A stretch of 64,000 nucleotides of DNA, taken from contig JBHGNT010000001.1 of the NCBI GenBank assembly GCA_043228905.1, positions 18,910,001 through 18,974,000 on the forward strand, given 5' to 3'. Numbering within the stretch: the stretch's first letter is position 1; every line of letters begins with the position of its first letter. Below, one piece after another: positions 14,477 through 26,400 of this stretch. A model generated the notes under the pieces. It had not been told where the DNA came from, did no database searches, and saw only the letters and a program-made list of their open reading frames with translations. Origin of the DNA: Azolla caroliniana (taxonomy: Eukaryota > Plantae > Polypodiophyta). Position numbers and translations under genes: made by a program.

Positions 14477-15426
14477 TAGTTTTCCGGGAGCTCAGAGAGG
14501 GAGGCAGCGTCAGCTAATTGGACGTTCTGCTTCTGTTGGTGATTCTGCCACTTTCGGCAGTGACGCCGAATGTGGCCATAGTTGTTGCAGTAGAAACATT
14601 TGGGGCGTCCCTGGCTGTCTCGTTCGGGCAATGCACGCTTGGCACGTAATTGCGCGTTCTGGATGTCGATGTCCATGGGAGTGACGGCTGGTATAGTGTT
14701 TGTATGATCATGACTGAGATTACCTGGTGTGTGCATGTCGTGCGCGTCTGCAGCTTCGATGCGTTGGGCAGTGAGGATGGCTTCGTGTAGTGTCGTCGGG
14801 CCTTGATCGCGTACACGGCGGCGGAGGTCATGTCGTATACGTGGCCAGAAAAAAAACAACTTCATGTCCTCCGACATGTTGGCGTCAGCCCGGCGTAGGA
14901 TCTGCACAAAACGAACCGCGAACTGGGTGATGGGTTCGCGTGGTTGTTGGGTAATTGACTCAAGTTGTTGTAGGGCCGTCTGGTGGGAGTCTTGATGAGC
15001 AAAATTCCGAATCATGGCTGCCCGTAACAGATCCCAGTCGTTGCGTGTCTCTTCGGGTTGTTGTACAAGCCATGTTGCCGCGATATTCTCGAGGAGTGTC
15101 TTCATCTCCATTGCCTTCCGAGGGTGTGGCCACTGGTGGTAACTGGCCACCATTTCGAAATGATCCAGCCAAGAGAGGACGTCTTCCGATGGTAGGCCGG
15201 AGAACGGTTTTGGGCGAACTCGAGAGTCCGGGAGATTTTGTTGTGGCTCGGATCGTGCTAAAAGAAAGGACAACATGGCTTGGTTAGTATGGTTAACTTG
15301 TAAAATGATGTTGGACAGAGCTTGAACCAGTTGGTCGATTGGCGATGTGGGCTGGTGTCCTTGATTGTGTTGTAGGAATTCCGGATTCATCGAGTTTGCG
15401 TTGCCGTCGTTGTTGTCGTGTTGCAT
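14476..15426 (-). CDS. Gag of element D (capsid plus CCHC knuckle)
   Basis: PKPFSGLPSEDVLSWLDHFE; CFYCNNYGHIRRHC. The ORF-track start lies in the LTR, so the first ATG after the PBS (MQHD) is used. Confidence 0.88.
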   Translation of the reverse strand: MQHDNNDGNANSMNPEFLQHNQGHQPTSPIDQLVQALSNIILQVNHTNQAMLSFLLARSEPQQNLPDSRVRPKPFSGLPSEDVLSWLDHFEMVASYHQWPHPRKAMEMKTLLENIAATWLVQQPEETRNDWDLLRAAMIRNFAHQDSHQTALQQLESITQQPREPITQFAVRFVQILRRADANMSEDMKLFFFWPRIRHDLRRRVRDQGPTTLHEAILTAQRIEAADAHDMHTPGNLSHDHTNTIPAVTPMDIDIQNAQLRAKRALPERDSQGRPKCFYCNNYGHIRRHCRKWQNHQQKQNVQLADAASLSELPEN

Positions 15427-17047
15427 CGTGGCGGGCGTTGTTGGGGTCGTGAGTTGGGGTGGCTTGGCCCGTCTTCTCCACCAAGATGTGAAATGCTCAA
15501 GATGTGAAATGCTCTCAAGAATAGCCCCACTTTCATTATGTCTCAAGTTACATTTTATAGACTCTCTCTTAGCGTGGAGGGTGTTCTCCCGCTCCAATTA
15601 GCTCTACTAATTATGGGGCTTGGTGGGGGCCTAGTTTGGGTGTGGTGCATGAGGCTTGGTAGGGGCCTAATTTGGGTGTGGTCTATGTGTGGTGCATGGG
15701 GCTTGGTAGGGGCCTAATCTAGGTGTGGTCCATGTGACCACCACAATATATTAATATGTGGACGGACCAACCAAATCGGTATGCTGATCCGGATCCGGAC
15801 CGATCCTGAATAGGTGCCGGTTGGCACCATTTTGTACTTCGCACCAATGACCTATATAAAGGCCCGGTTACAATGTAGTCATCAACGGAGAGTAATATAA
15901 ACCTTTTGTTTAATCATTAAGTATTGTTCACTGTTCTGTGCTTATTGTATATCTTACGCATGTTAATGACGTATTACTAAGTAACCCATTAAGGTCCAAT
16001 TAAGCATTGTGTCGTAAGTTATCTCGCCGTAACACCCTTTGGTGAAGTGTCTTAAGTGGACACCATGTGTTAGGCTGTTGTCCGGCCCTAAGGATTAACA
16101 CAGTTTTTGGCGACCACGATTCCTGCACAATCGCAGTGAACAGCGGTGGGAATGGATGACTAGGCCAACGGACGACCCGGTTATGGAGAGAGCAAGTTGA
16201 CTTGCTGAATGGCGAAGGCAGCGAGAGGCTTTCCACCAAGCGGCAGAAGAAATTCGATCGGATCGATCATTTTCCAAAGTTATCTGGAAAGCGGCGGAGG
16301 AGTCGCTCTGTCTGCAACAAAACACCTACCCGGACGAAGGAAGCAACTTAAGCAGTCTCTGGGAAGCGGAATCCCTTCTCCATGCCTTCGCCGGAGGAGC
16401 CTGCGAATCCGAAGCATTTTCGGCGCTGGAATCGGATTCGGAAGGGGGTTGCAGCGCGCACACGAACTATCGCAGCAGTAACGACACCCCGGAAGGACCG
16501 GAGGACGAGGAGTCGGATACATTACCGACACCAGAACCAGAATTGTCAGACCGGGAACCTCCGGCACCAGACATGGAGCAACCTCCGGAGACGGAAGAGG
16601 ACAAAGAAAGACCTCCGACACCGGAAGTCAAGCCGGCAACACAAAAGGAGGACCGACAAAGACCTCCGACTCTAATAGAGGACCAACAATGACCTTTAAC
16701 GCCGACGGAAGAGCAGGAAAGACCACCGACACCGCCAGCCCGCATACTGACACCGGACGACGACATGTCATTCCAGTACCCCAAGTATAGAGATGACCCG
16801 GACGCGGAGGCTCATGTTCATGCTTTTCAACAAACATGGGAGGCGAACCATGTGTCACAACGGTTAACCGCAGCTGAAGAGGAACGATCTAAGATAGCCG
16901 AATTCGGCGTGACATTGGAAGGACCGGCCGCCAGATGGCACCGGACGTAGGACCCCAACACCATCACCACCTTTGCAGACCAGAAAGCTAAATTCTTGCA
17001 CTTCTTTCAGAAGGAGGTGGACCAGAGAGAAATGGTGGGCCTATTTT

Positions 17048-20000
17048 TGTTACCGGCCGGCAAGAAGACTTAAGGAGGTCCAAACCAGAGTGTGAAAGGA
17101 ATAGTTATTCGGGAACTGTTGTAATTAGTACTCTTAATATATATATTATTATATAAGAAGATGTGGACGGACGGACCACCCTTTGTGCCGTAAATCATTC
17201 TGCCGTACCACCCTTTGGTAAAGTGTCTTAAATGGACACCCTGTGTTAGGTTGTTGTCCGACCCTAGCAATAACACAGTTTTTGGCGACCACGATGCCAC
17301 GACCAAGAGAAAACAACTTTCGTCATCGAATGGGGAGTGTTTGTTGCGGTGGTGATGATGTTCGAGCTGAAAACGGCACCAGCAACATTCCAACGGATCA
17401 TCATGGAGATCTTTGGCGAATACATACTGGCTTTTATGCAGGTGTTCCTTGATGACTTCGTCGTCTATAGCAGAGAAGAAGATCATTTGCAGCATCTCAG
17501 ACTATGTCTAGGGAAGTGTAGGGCGTACCGGCTAAGCCTGAATCCGGCGAAGTGTGTATTTGGAGTGTCCAACGGAACGCTACTAGGGCATATAGTGAGC
17601 AAGGAAGGCAATGTCGTAGATCTGGACAAAGTGAAAGCAATCCTGGAAGCACCGGCACCGGCAACGACAAAGGCATTGAGCCGTTTCCTAGGACAAATCC
17701 GCTGGCATAGCCGTATGCTCCAGTATTTGGCAGACCTGGCTACACCTCTGCATGCGGCAGTACATCGAACACCGATCCAATGGACCGACATAAAAGACAA
17801 GGCGTACCGGGCACTAAAGGTGTTATTGTCACAAGCACCGGTAGTGCAGCCTCCGGAATGGAGTAAAGAGTTTCATGTGTTCGTGGACGCTTCCGATATC
17901 GTAATCGGCAACGCGCTCATGCAGCTTACCGAGCCAAGGTGGTACCGGCCAGTGTACTATGCCAGCCGGAAGCTATCCCAAGCGGAACGAAATTATTCTA
18001 CCATGAAAAGGGAAGCTTTAGGAATGATCTATAGTGTAACAAAATTCAGGCATTATTTATTGGGAAGAAAGTTCTCCTTCCATGTGGATCATTCGGCACT
18101 CCTCTACCTAGTATCCAAAGCGTCACTTACCGGTAAGGTTGCCCGGTGGACTTTGTTGTTACAAGAGTTCGAATTCGAGATATTCCACCGACCCGGCATA
18201 CAGCATGCGGTAGCAGATTATCTAAGCCGGTTAGATTCCGAGGAGACAGGTGACGGAGTACCGAACGAGTTTCCAGATGAAGAGCTTTTTCGAGTCACCA
18301 CGGAAACGACAACAGATGAAACGGTGGCACAAGAAGATAAGTGGCTAACTAATATGCACCAGTTTCTGAGTACCAGATTGCCTCCGGAGGAGATGAACCG
18401 GGACGAGAGAAAACGCCTGGCAGTACAAAGTCGACACTTCAGTTTATTACAGGACACGCTATACCACAAAGGTGCGGACGGTATCTGGCGATGAGCGGTG
18501 CGCAGCGACGAGAAGGAGGTAATACTATGGGAGGCACACTACGGAGTCGTCGGAGGCCATTATGCCGGAGATGCGACGACAAGGAAAGTATGGTAAAGTG
18601 GCCTATGGTGGCCGACCACATTGAAAGATGCAGTCCAGTATGCGAAGGAGTGTGATCTATGCCAACGAATGGGTCAGCCAACGAAACAAGCTCGGATGCC
18701 ACACTAGCCAGTCCTACCACTAGAACCATTCCAGAAATGGGGGCTAGATTTTGTCGGGCCATTTAAACCACCGGCAATGAGAACCAGAAACCGGTACGTG
18801 ATCGTCGCGACGGATTACTGCACTAAGTAGGTGGAAGCGAAAGCCCTACGAGACAACACCGCGGCGTTAGCGGCAAAATTCCTATACGAATGCATTTGGT
18901 GCCGGTACGGATGCCCCATAGAGCTAATAAGCAACCAAGGAGGGCACTTTCTTGGACAGGTGGTAGAAAGTTTGACGACGTTCTATGCGGTAGTACATAA
19001 ACGAAGCACACCGTACTATCCGCAAGCAAATGGGTTAGCTGAGTCGACGAACAAAACGCTCCAGAATATCCTCCAGAAGATCATCAATGAAAATCAGACA
19101 GATTGGGACACGAAGCTGCACAATGCGCTCTGGGCTTACCGGACAGCGTACAAAACAAGTATCCGAACAACACCGTTCCGGTTAGCATTTGGATTAGAGC
19201 CAGTCATGCCGGTCGAGTTCCAGGTACCAAGCTTACGGATTCAGATTCGGGAACGATTGAACGAAAAGGAATCAGAGGCAATTCGGTTAAAGGCTCTATG
19301 TGAACTGGAAGAACACTGACTGGCGAGCATTATGCATTTGGAATTGGAACAACGGAGACGGAAAGCATTTATAGATCGGCACCGGAAGGGAAACGAAAAG
19401 ATGTTCGGAACTGGCAAGCCGGTACTCGTGTTCCAGACCCGGATGGGCAAAATGCCAGGTAAACTACGGTTTAGATGGACCGAACCGTACTGGATCACAC
19501 GTGAGTTCAATGGGTCCTACCGGTTGGGGACACTTGCTGGAGAAGTGTTGGGCAAATGGGTCAACGGATTTAGACTAAAACCATACAAAGGACTTATGCC
19601 TAAGAACCCATTTGAACGAAAGGCCGCCACCGAATCAGATGCCGACAAGCCAACCATAACGGCAACTGGGGAAGCCGACGGCTACCACCAAGCGAGTAAG
19701 GAGGAGCATGAGCCGGCAACCGAGGAGAGCAAAACGACTGCAAACCGTCAAGAGGCCGGCAAGTTGCACGTTTCGGGTAAAGGTCCGACAGGACCGGAGC
19801 GAATCAAATAAATCATGGAAAGGAGTGGTGGAAACGGCCATGCACACGAGGAGTAAAGAGGGACGTCGAAAAGGTACGAGGAGCTATGAATAGGACATTA
19901 AACCACCGCCACATGGCACGCAATGCTATTATAGTACATGACCTACACATGCGGAGGCTCGAAAAAGGCGCCAAGATGCAGAGAGAAAAACCCCCACGCA

Positions 20001-23000
20001 TCGAGACCTTCTCCTATCGCGAACCAAGGAGAACAGACGCAGAGCGACGCGTGAAGATCAATCGTAGAGAGCTCGCACACAGAGAACCCCCTCCCTCAGA
20101 ACTTTCTCTCTCACACTCTCCCCACCATCAAACCTCGCCAACACTCTCCGACCTCGACGCAGATATGGACTGCCAAATGCTATCTGAAGCCGCCAAGAAA
20201 TGGTTATGGCACCACGGTCTAGAGGGTTTCTTAACGATCATGGAGGTGGCGCCACACAAGGAGGCTGAAAAGATTATAAAAGAAATCGACACAGAGGTGA
20301 TCACGGAGGAGGCGATCCGGGCGTTAATAGGCCTTCCGGAGGGAGGTATCTACACGATCGACAATCCTACCTCCTAGCAACTCATCAAATATTTCGGTGA
20401 GTACTCTCTAGCCAGCAAGGGCTACTGGACACAGGGCGGCGAAGATATGCTATTCCGCGAAATTGCCCGTGTGCTCCACGAGTTCGGCCATGTGTACCCT
20501 TGACCCCCCGTCATGCCTCAGAACCGAGCAGGCTTGATCATCGCAACATACGAAGGGGTCAAGGTAGATTGGCCGGTGTTGATCGCCGACGGGCTGTGTA
20601 CGGCCATTGATATAGTAAGAGGAAAGGACGGCAAGGAAGGCCGAAAAATATGGCATGCGATGACACAATGGCTCACCCTATTGGCACCACCGGTCGAGCC
20701 CGTCCAAACCACGAAGCAGGGAAGAGCAACGAACGGCACCCCGAAACCTGCTTCAAAACGGCAACAATTGTTGGCCTCCAAGGCCACTAAGGGGAAGACT
20801 GCCGACGTAGAGAAGACGACGTAGGAGCGCGCCAGCCGGAAGCGGCCGACGGATACAAGTGAGCAAACACCGGCACGGCGTCGGAAGAGCCCACTCCACC
20901 GACCGGTGCAACAGGAAATGGACACCTTGGCGGCAAGAATGAATGCCGAGACTCAGGCGGAAGAAATGGAGGAAGAACCCACGGAGCACCTCCAGCGGCG
21001 GCCGGTGAAGAGCACCGCGGAATCAGCCGGGAAGCGTTCGGACCCACAGAAGGATGGAACGCCCGCAACTCACGCTGAGCAACCCACGCCAAGGGAGGCA
21101 CCGGAACCGGTTCGGATGGAACCGGTCACAGAAGTCCTGGCACAACAGGCAGCACCAGCAAGCCCCGTCACCCAAGAGCCGGATATACAAAGGCCAACCG
21201 CCCCAGCCGGCCAAGAACAAGCAAACAAGGGGGGCGACTAGACGAAACACAGTCAGAGCCGGAACGGCAAAGTGGTCAGCTGGCAGAACTAGAAGCGCAA
21301 CTCGACGCAGAAAGGCGGGACCAGCCACCGACAAGTGAACCCATTAGCCAACTCTCCGCGCAAACGCAACAACAGTGCACCGACAGCCAATGGCTTCGGT
21401 GGATAGGAGACCAAATTGCCGGAGTAGTCGGATGCATAGAGGCGGAGGAAAGAGCGCAAACGGAACGGTTGCTTGTCACAACCGATGAACTGGAGACGAC
21501 CCGGTCAAGGATCCGGTGCCTCGAACAAGACTTGGATCGATCGGATCACAGGAGATATGGCCAAAATGGCCTTAACCACAACGCAGATCCAAGCACCGAT
21601 GACTCCGGTTGATGTACATAAGAGTAAGACCCCGGAGACACAAACTGTCCCGGAGAAAGATGCGGCGCAAGCCCAAGAGCTTGCGGAATTACGAGATGAG
21701 CTCGCCGCACAAGAAGCATTACGATGCCACGAACGCGACTTGAAGAAGGCGGCCGAAGAAGAATTAAGAAAGCCTGCTGCGAACCTTCGCCGGGCAAAGG
21801 GAAACCTACGTAAAGGACATCATGCTTACGACCGGCTGAAGGAGGAAAAGGAGAAATTGTTGCAGGAAAAAGACAAGCTGCGACGAATGGCCGAAACGGA
21901 AATCGAGAGGCTGAAGGAAGAGCTCCGGCAACAGAAGGACCGGGAGGACCGCACGCACCGGCAGATCAACCAAAGGCTGAAGCAGAAGACCGATGATTTC
22001 GATCATCTGCATCGGGACTACAAGCAGTTGGAGACGGAGCATAAGCAACAACAGGAACAGATGGCCGAGCTCCGGCAAGAAGTTGATAGGGCCACAACAG
22101 CACTCGCCGAAGAACGAGCAGAAAGTTCCAGGCTATTGGAGGAAGCGGCGAATGACCAGATGGAGCTCCACAAACAGAACCATGAAGACAAGGAAAGAGT
22201 GACAATGCTACTACAGAGGTTGCAAACAACCTATCAAAATCAATTGTCGCATTATAGGAAGCAGGAGGCGGACACAGTTCGGATCATCAAGCAATTGAAG
22301 GAAGAGCGACAAGCCACAGAAAATAAATCAGAGATGGGAGCCAAACGGATCCAGTGCATCCTCCGGTCATGGCTCACTAAGACCAAAAGCTTGATTGATG
22401 ATAGCTCTGTGCGTTGGTGGGCGAAATGGGTGCAAAATACGGCTGAACTCCAATTGCTTAGGGCGGATGTGGAAAACCGACGAAAGGAGGGCGACGATTG
22501 TTATACGCTGACGTCGGAGAACTTCACCGCGATAAGGGATGAGCTGGCGGAAGATTTCACAGCCTTGGCGGATGAACAATTGGTGCAGGTCCGGCAGGTC
22601 GTACCTCAACTGGACGACGATCGGTTGTAGGCTCAAATCCAGTTGGAAAGTTATGAGCGGTCCCGACTCCAGGACGAAAAAGCGCGAAAGGCGGCAATGG
22701 TCAACCTTAGTGACGAGGAACCGTCACCAGTGCAAGGACCGGAGGGGGAACAGGCCGGGGTAAGTAAACCACAGACAACTCCGACGGAGCAACCAACGAA
22801 GGAAAGGTCGGTGCCAGAGCGACAAACGGAGCCACAGCCACAAACGGAGCAGCAGCCACAGCCACAAACGGAACAACAGGAGCAACCACAGCAACAACAG
22901 TAGATTCCCGACGAGCCATTGGAAATTTTGGAGCAAAGCATTCTGGACATTTTGGACGAAGCATAAAAGGGCCGGATAATGGGTTCGACGTACAAGGTAC

Positions 23001-23480
23001 TGTCCCACAGGCATGCCATGTGTTACCGGTCGGCAAGAAGGCTAAAGGAGGTCCAAACCAGAGTGTGAAAGGAATAGTTATTCGGGAACTGTTGTAATTA
23101 GTACTCTTAATATATATATTATTATATAAGAAGATGTGGACGGATAGACCGGAATCGGTATGCCGATCCGGATCCGGAACGATCCCGTAAAGGTGCCGGT
23201 TGGCACCGTTTTGTATTTCGCACCGGAGACCTATATAAAGGCCCGGTTACAATGTAATCAGGAGCGGATAATTAATAAAGCTTATTGTCTTAATATTCAA
23301 GTGTTGATTATCGTTCTGTATTCATTGTTATATCTTACGCGTGTTAATTACGGATGGCTAAGTAACCAATTAAGGTCTAATTAAGCGTTGTGCCGTAAAT
23401 CATTCTGTCGTACCACCCTTTGGTAAAGTGTCTTAAGTGGACACCCTGTGTTAGGTTGTTGTCCGGCCCTAGCAATAACA
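17048..23480 (+). mobile_element. Ty3/gypsy element E, an internally deleted relative of C inserted in C's gag
   Basis: 5-bp TSD ATTTT at 17043-17047 and 23481-23485; LTRs 17048-17275 (internally deleted) and 23021-23480; PBS joined directly to mid-RT (gag and PR missing); RT-RH-INT 17337-19811. Confidence 0.92.
19886..22966 (+). pseudogene. Extra post-integrase ORF of E (globular N-terminal domain, low-complexity linker, long coiled coil), fragmented
   Basis: ORF pieces 19886-20377, 20513-20824, 20906-21241, 21473-22630, 22643-22903; clear homolog in C at 27489-29786 and 36769-37433. Confidence 0.75.
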
Positions 23481-26400
23481 ATTTTATACCATCCGGCAGG
23501 ACCCTGGGGAGAGCATTCCGCAGTTTGTCATCCGGTTTCAACGGATGCACAGTCAGCTTACGGCAGGCATTGCAGGAATGCCAAATCATGTTGCCATTAG
23601 GACAACTCCTGCAGCTAGTGCCCAGATTCATAGAAGGACTCAAGATTCTTCTCAAATCCGGAGGGACCGACAATAGTAGACACAAACAATCCAGCGATCA
23701 CAGCCATCGTGAAGGGAAAGGAGTTCCGGAACAGTAATAGATGGAGGATCCGGCATCAATGTGATTAGCCTCCGAACGTGCAAAACCTTGGGAATCCAAG
23801 AGTGGGAACCATGCCCGTTCTGGCTGTGGATGGCGGATACAAGCTCAGTGCGACCGACCAGCTTGATACGAGATTTGGATGTAACGATCGACGGCCACAC
23901 ATTTCGCATCTCGGCAGTAGTGATACAACTACAGGCACAAGGAGCTTACCCACTATTGTTGGGGTGGCCATGGTTGAAAACGACGCACATTAAACAAAAC
24001 TGGAGGAAGAATATAATCACCTTCCAGTGGGGAAAAGCAAAAGTACGGGTACCGACACAACCACGAGCGGGTACCGGGAAGGAATTGACACCCCTATATG
24101 CTGAATGCGTCAATATGATGGACAGATTAGCAGACGAAGAGGTAGATCAATACTTGCAAGATAATCCGAAGATCGTACCTTTGTTCGAAATCGATGTAGC
24201 TGAAGCCGTATCACCATACATACTGCCACCGGACGGAACTGACAAGGAACCAAATAAAGAAGTGATCCGGGAGCTACGACAAGCACAGGAGGTGCTGGAA
24301 AGAGAAATGGCCGTATTCCAACGGGTTAAAGCATCCCAACTAGAGGAGGTAAATCTAGGAACTACAGAAGAGGCGAGAGCGGTGCACATCGCCAAGGAAA
24401 TGACTGCAGAGAACAAAACGGTGATGATTACACTTCTCAAAGAATTTCGGGACGTGTTTGCCTGGTCTTACAAGGATATGCGAGGGCTCGATCCTCAGCT
24501 ATATCAGCATCAGATACATTTGAGCAAAGACGCCAAACCGGTAGCACAGCGACGGTACCGGATGAATCCAAATTACGCCGCCAAAGTCAAGGAGGAAATT
24601 GACAAGTTGCTGAGGGTTGGCTTTATCCGCCCAGTAAAGAAATCTACATGGTTGAGCCCGATAGTAGTCGTACCAAAGAAAAACGGCAAAATTAGAGTTT
24701 GTTTCGACTACCATAAGCTTAACGCGGCGACGGTAACAGATGCATTCCCACTCCCATTCACGGATTGAGTTATGGACGCAGTTGCCGGCCATGAGGTATA
24801 CAATTTCTTAGACGGATTCAGCGGATACAACCAGATCCAGATGCACCCCGATGACTAGGAGAAAATGACTTTCGTCACCGAATGGGGAGTGTTTGTTGCC
24901 GTAGTAATGATGTTCAGACTAAAAACAGCGCCGGCAATGTTTCAGAGGATCATCATGGAAATATTCGGAGAATTCATACCGGCATTCATGCAGGTGTTTC
25001 TGGATGACTTCGCCGTCAATAGCCGGGAAGGAGATCACTTTCAGCACCTCTGACTATGTCTAGAGAAATGTCGGGCTTACCGGCTAAGCTTGAATCCGGC
25101 AAAGTGTGTATTTGGAGTGTCAAGCGGGGCGCTATTAGGACACATTGTGAGCAAGGAAGGAATTGCCGTGGACCCGGACAAAGTAAAAGCAATCGTGGAG
25201 GCACTGGCACCAACAACGGCCAAAGCATTAAGCCGTTTCTTAGGCCAAATCCGGTGGCATAGCCGAATGCTCCGGTATTTGGCGGACCTAGCTACACCAC
25301 TGCATGCTGCGGTACACCGAACACCGTTCTAGTGGACCGACACCGAAGACAAGGCATACCGGGCACTCAAAGTACTATTGTTGCAAGCGCCGGTAGTGCA
25401 ACCCCCGGATTCGGCTAAGGAGTTTCATGTGTTCGTGGATGCGTCCGACATTGCAATCGGAAGTGCGTTGATGCAACTTACGAAGCCAAGGTGGTACCGG
25501 CTTGTATATTACGCAAGCCGAACGAAATTATTCTACCACGGAAAGGGAAGCTTTGGGCATGATCTACAACGTGACAAAATTCAGACATTATTTGCTGGGA
25601 AGGAAATTTTCCTTCCACGTAGATCATTTGGCACTCCTCTATTTAGTTTCCAAAGCGTCACTAACCGGTAAGTTGGCATGGTGGACGTTACTGTTGCAGG
25701 AATTTGAGTTCGAAATATTCAACCGACCCGGCATACAGCATGCAGTAGCAGACTATTTGATCTAGTTAGATTTCGGCGAGACTGGTGATGGAGTCCCGGA
25801 CGAGTTTTCGGATGTTGAGCTATTTCGAGTCACCGCAGAAACAACAACTGATGAAACGGTGGCACAAGAAGATAAGTGGCTAACGAATATGCAACAATTT
25901 CTGAGAACCGGATTGCCTCCGGAGGAGATGACATGGGACAGGAGGAAACGCCTAGTGGTACAAAGCCGGTACTTCTGTTTAGTACGAGACGCACTATACC
26001 ACAAAGGCGTGGACGGTATATGGCGACGGGCGGTGCGCAGCGACGAGAAGCCTTAGGATATAATACTACGAGAAGCACACTACAGAGTCGCCGGAGGCCA
26101 TTACGCTGGAGATGCTACGGCAAGGAAGATATGGCAAAGTGGCCTATGGTGGCTGACAACATGGAAAGACGCGGTCTGGTATGCTAAATAATGCGATCTA
26201 TGTCAGCAAATGGGCCAGCCAACCGAACAAGCTAGGATGCCGCACCAGCTGGTACTGCCGTTAGAACCATTTCAGAAATGGGGGCTAGATTTTGTGGGTC
26301 CATTCAAACCACCGGCAATGAGAACCGACAACCGGTATGTGATCGTAGCTACAGATTACTGCACGAAATGGGTAGAAGCCAAAGCCTTGCGCGACAACAC

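Larger units (their letters stand above)
10911..15745 (-). mobile_element. Compact (4.8 kb), nearly intact Ty3/gypsy element D inserted in the 5' LTR of C
   Basis: 259-bp LTRs 10911-11169 and 15487-15745 with 3 differences seen; 4-bp TSD ATAT; PBS TGGTGGAGAAGACGGG at 15468-15483; PPT ~11170-11178. Confidence 0.95.
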
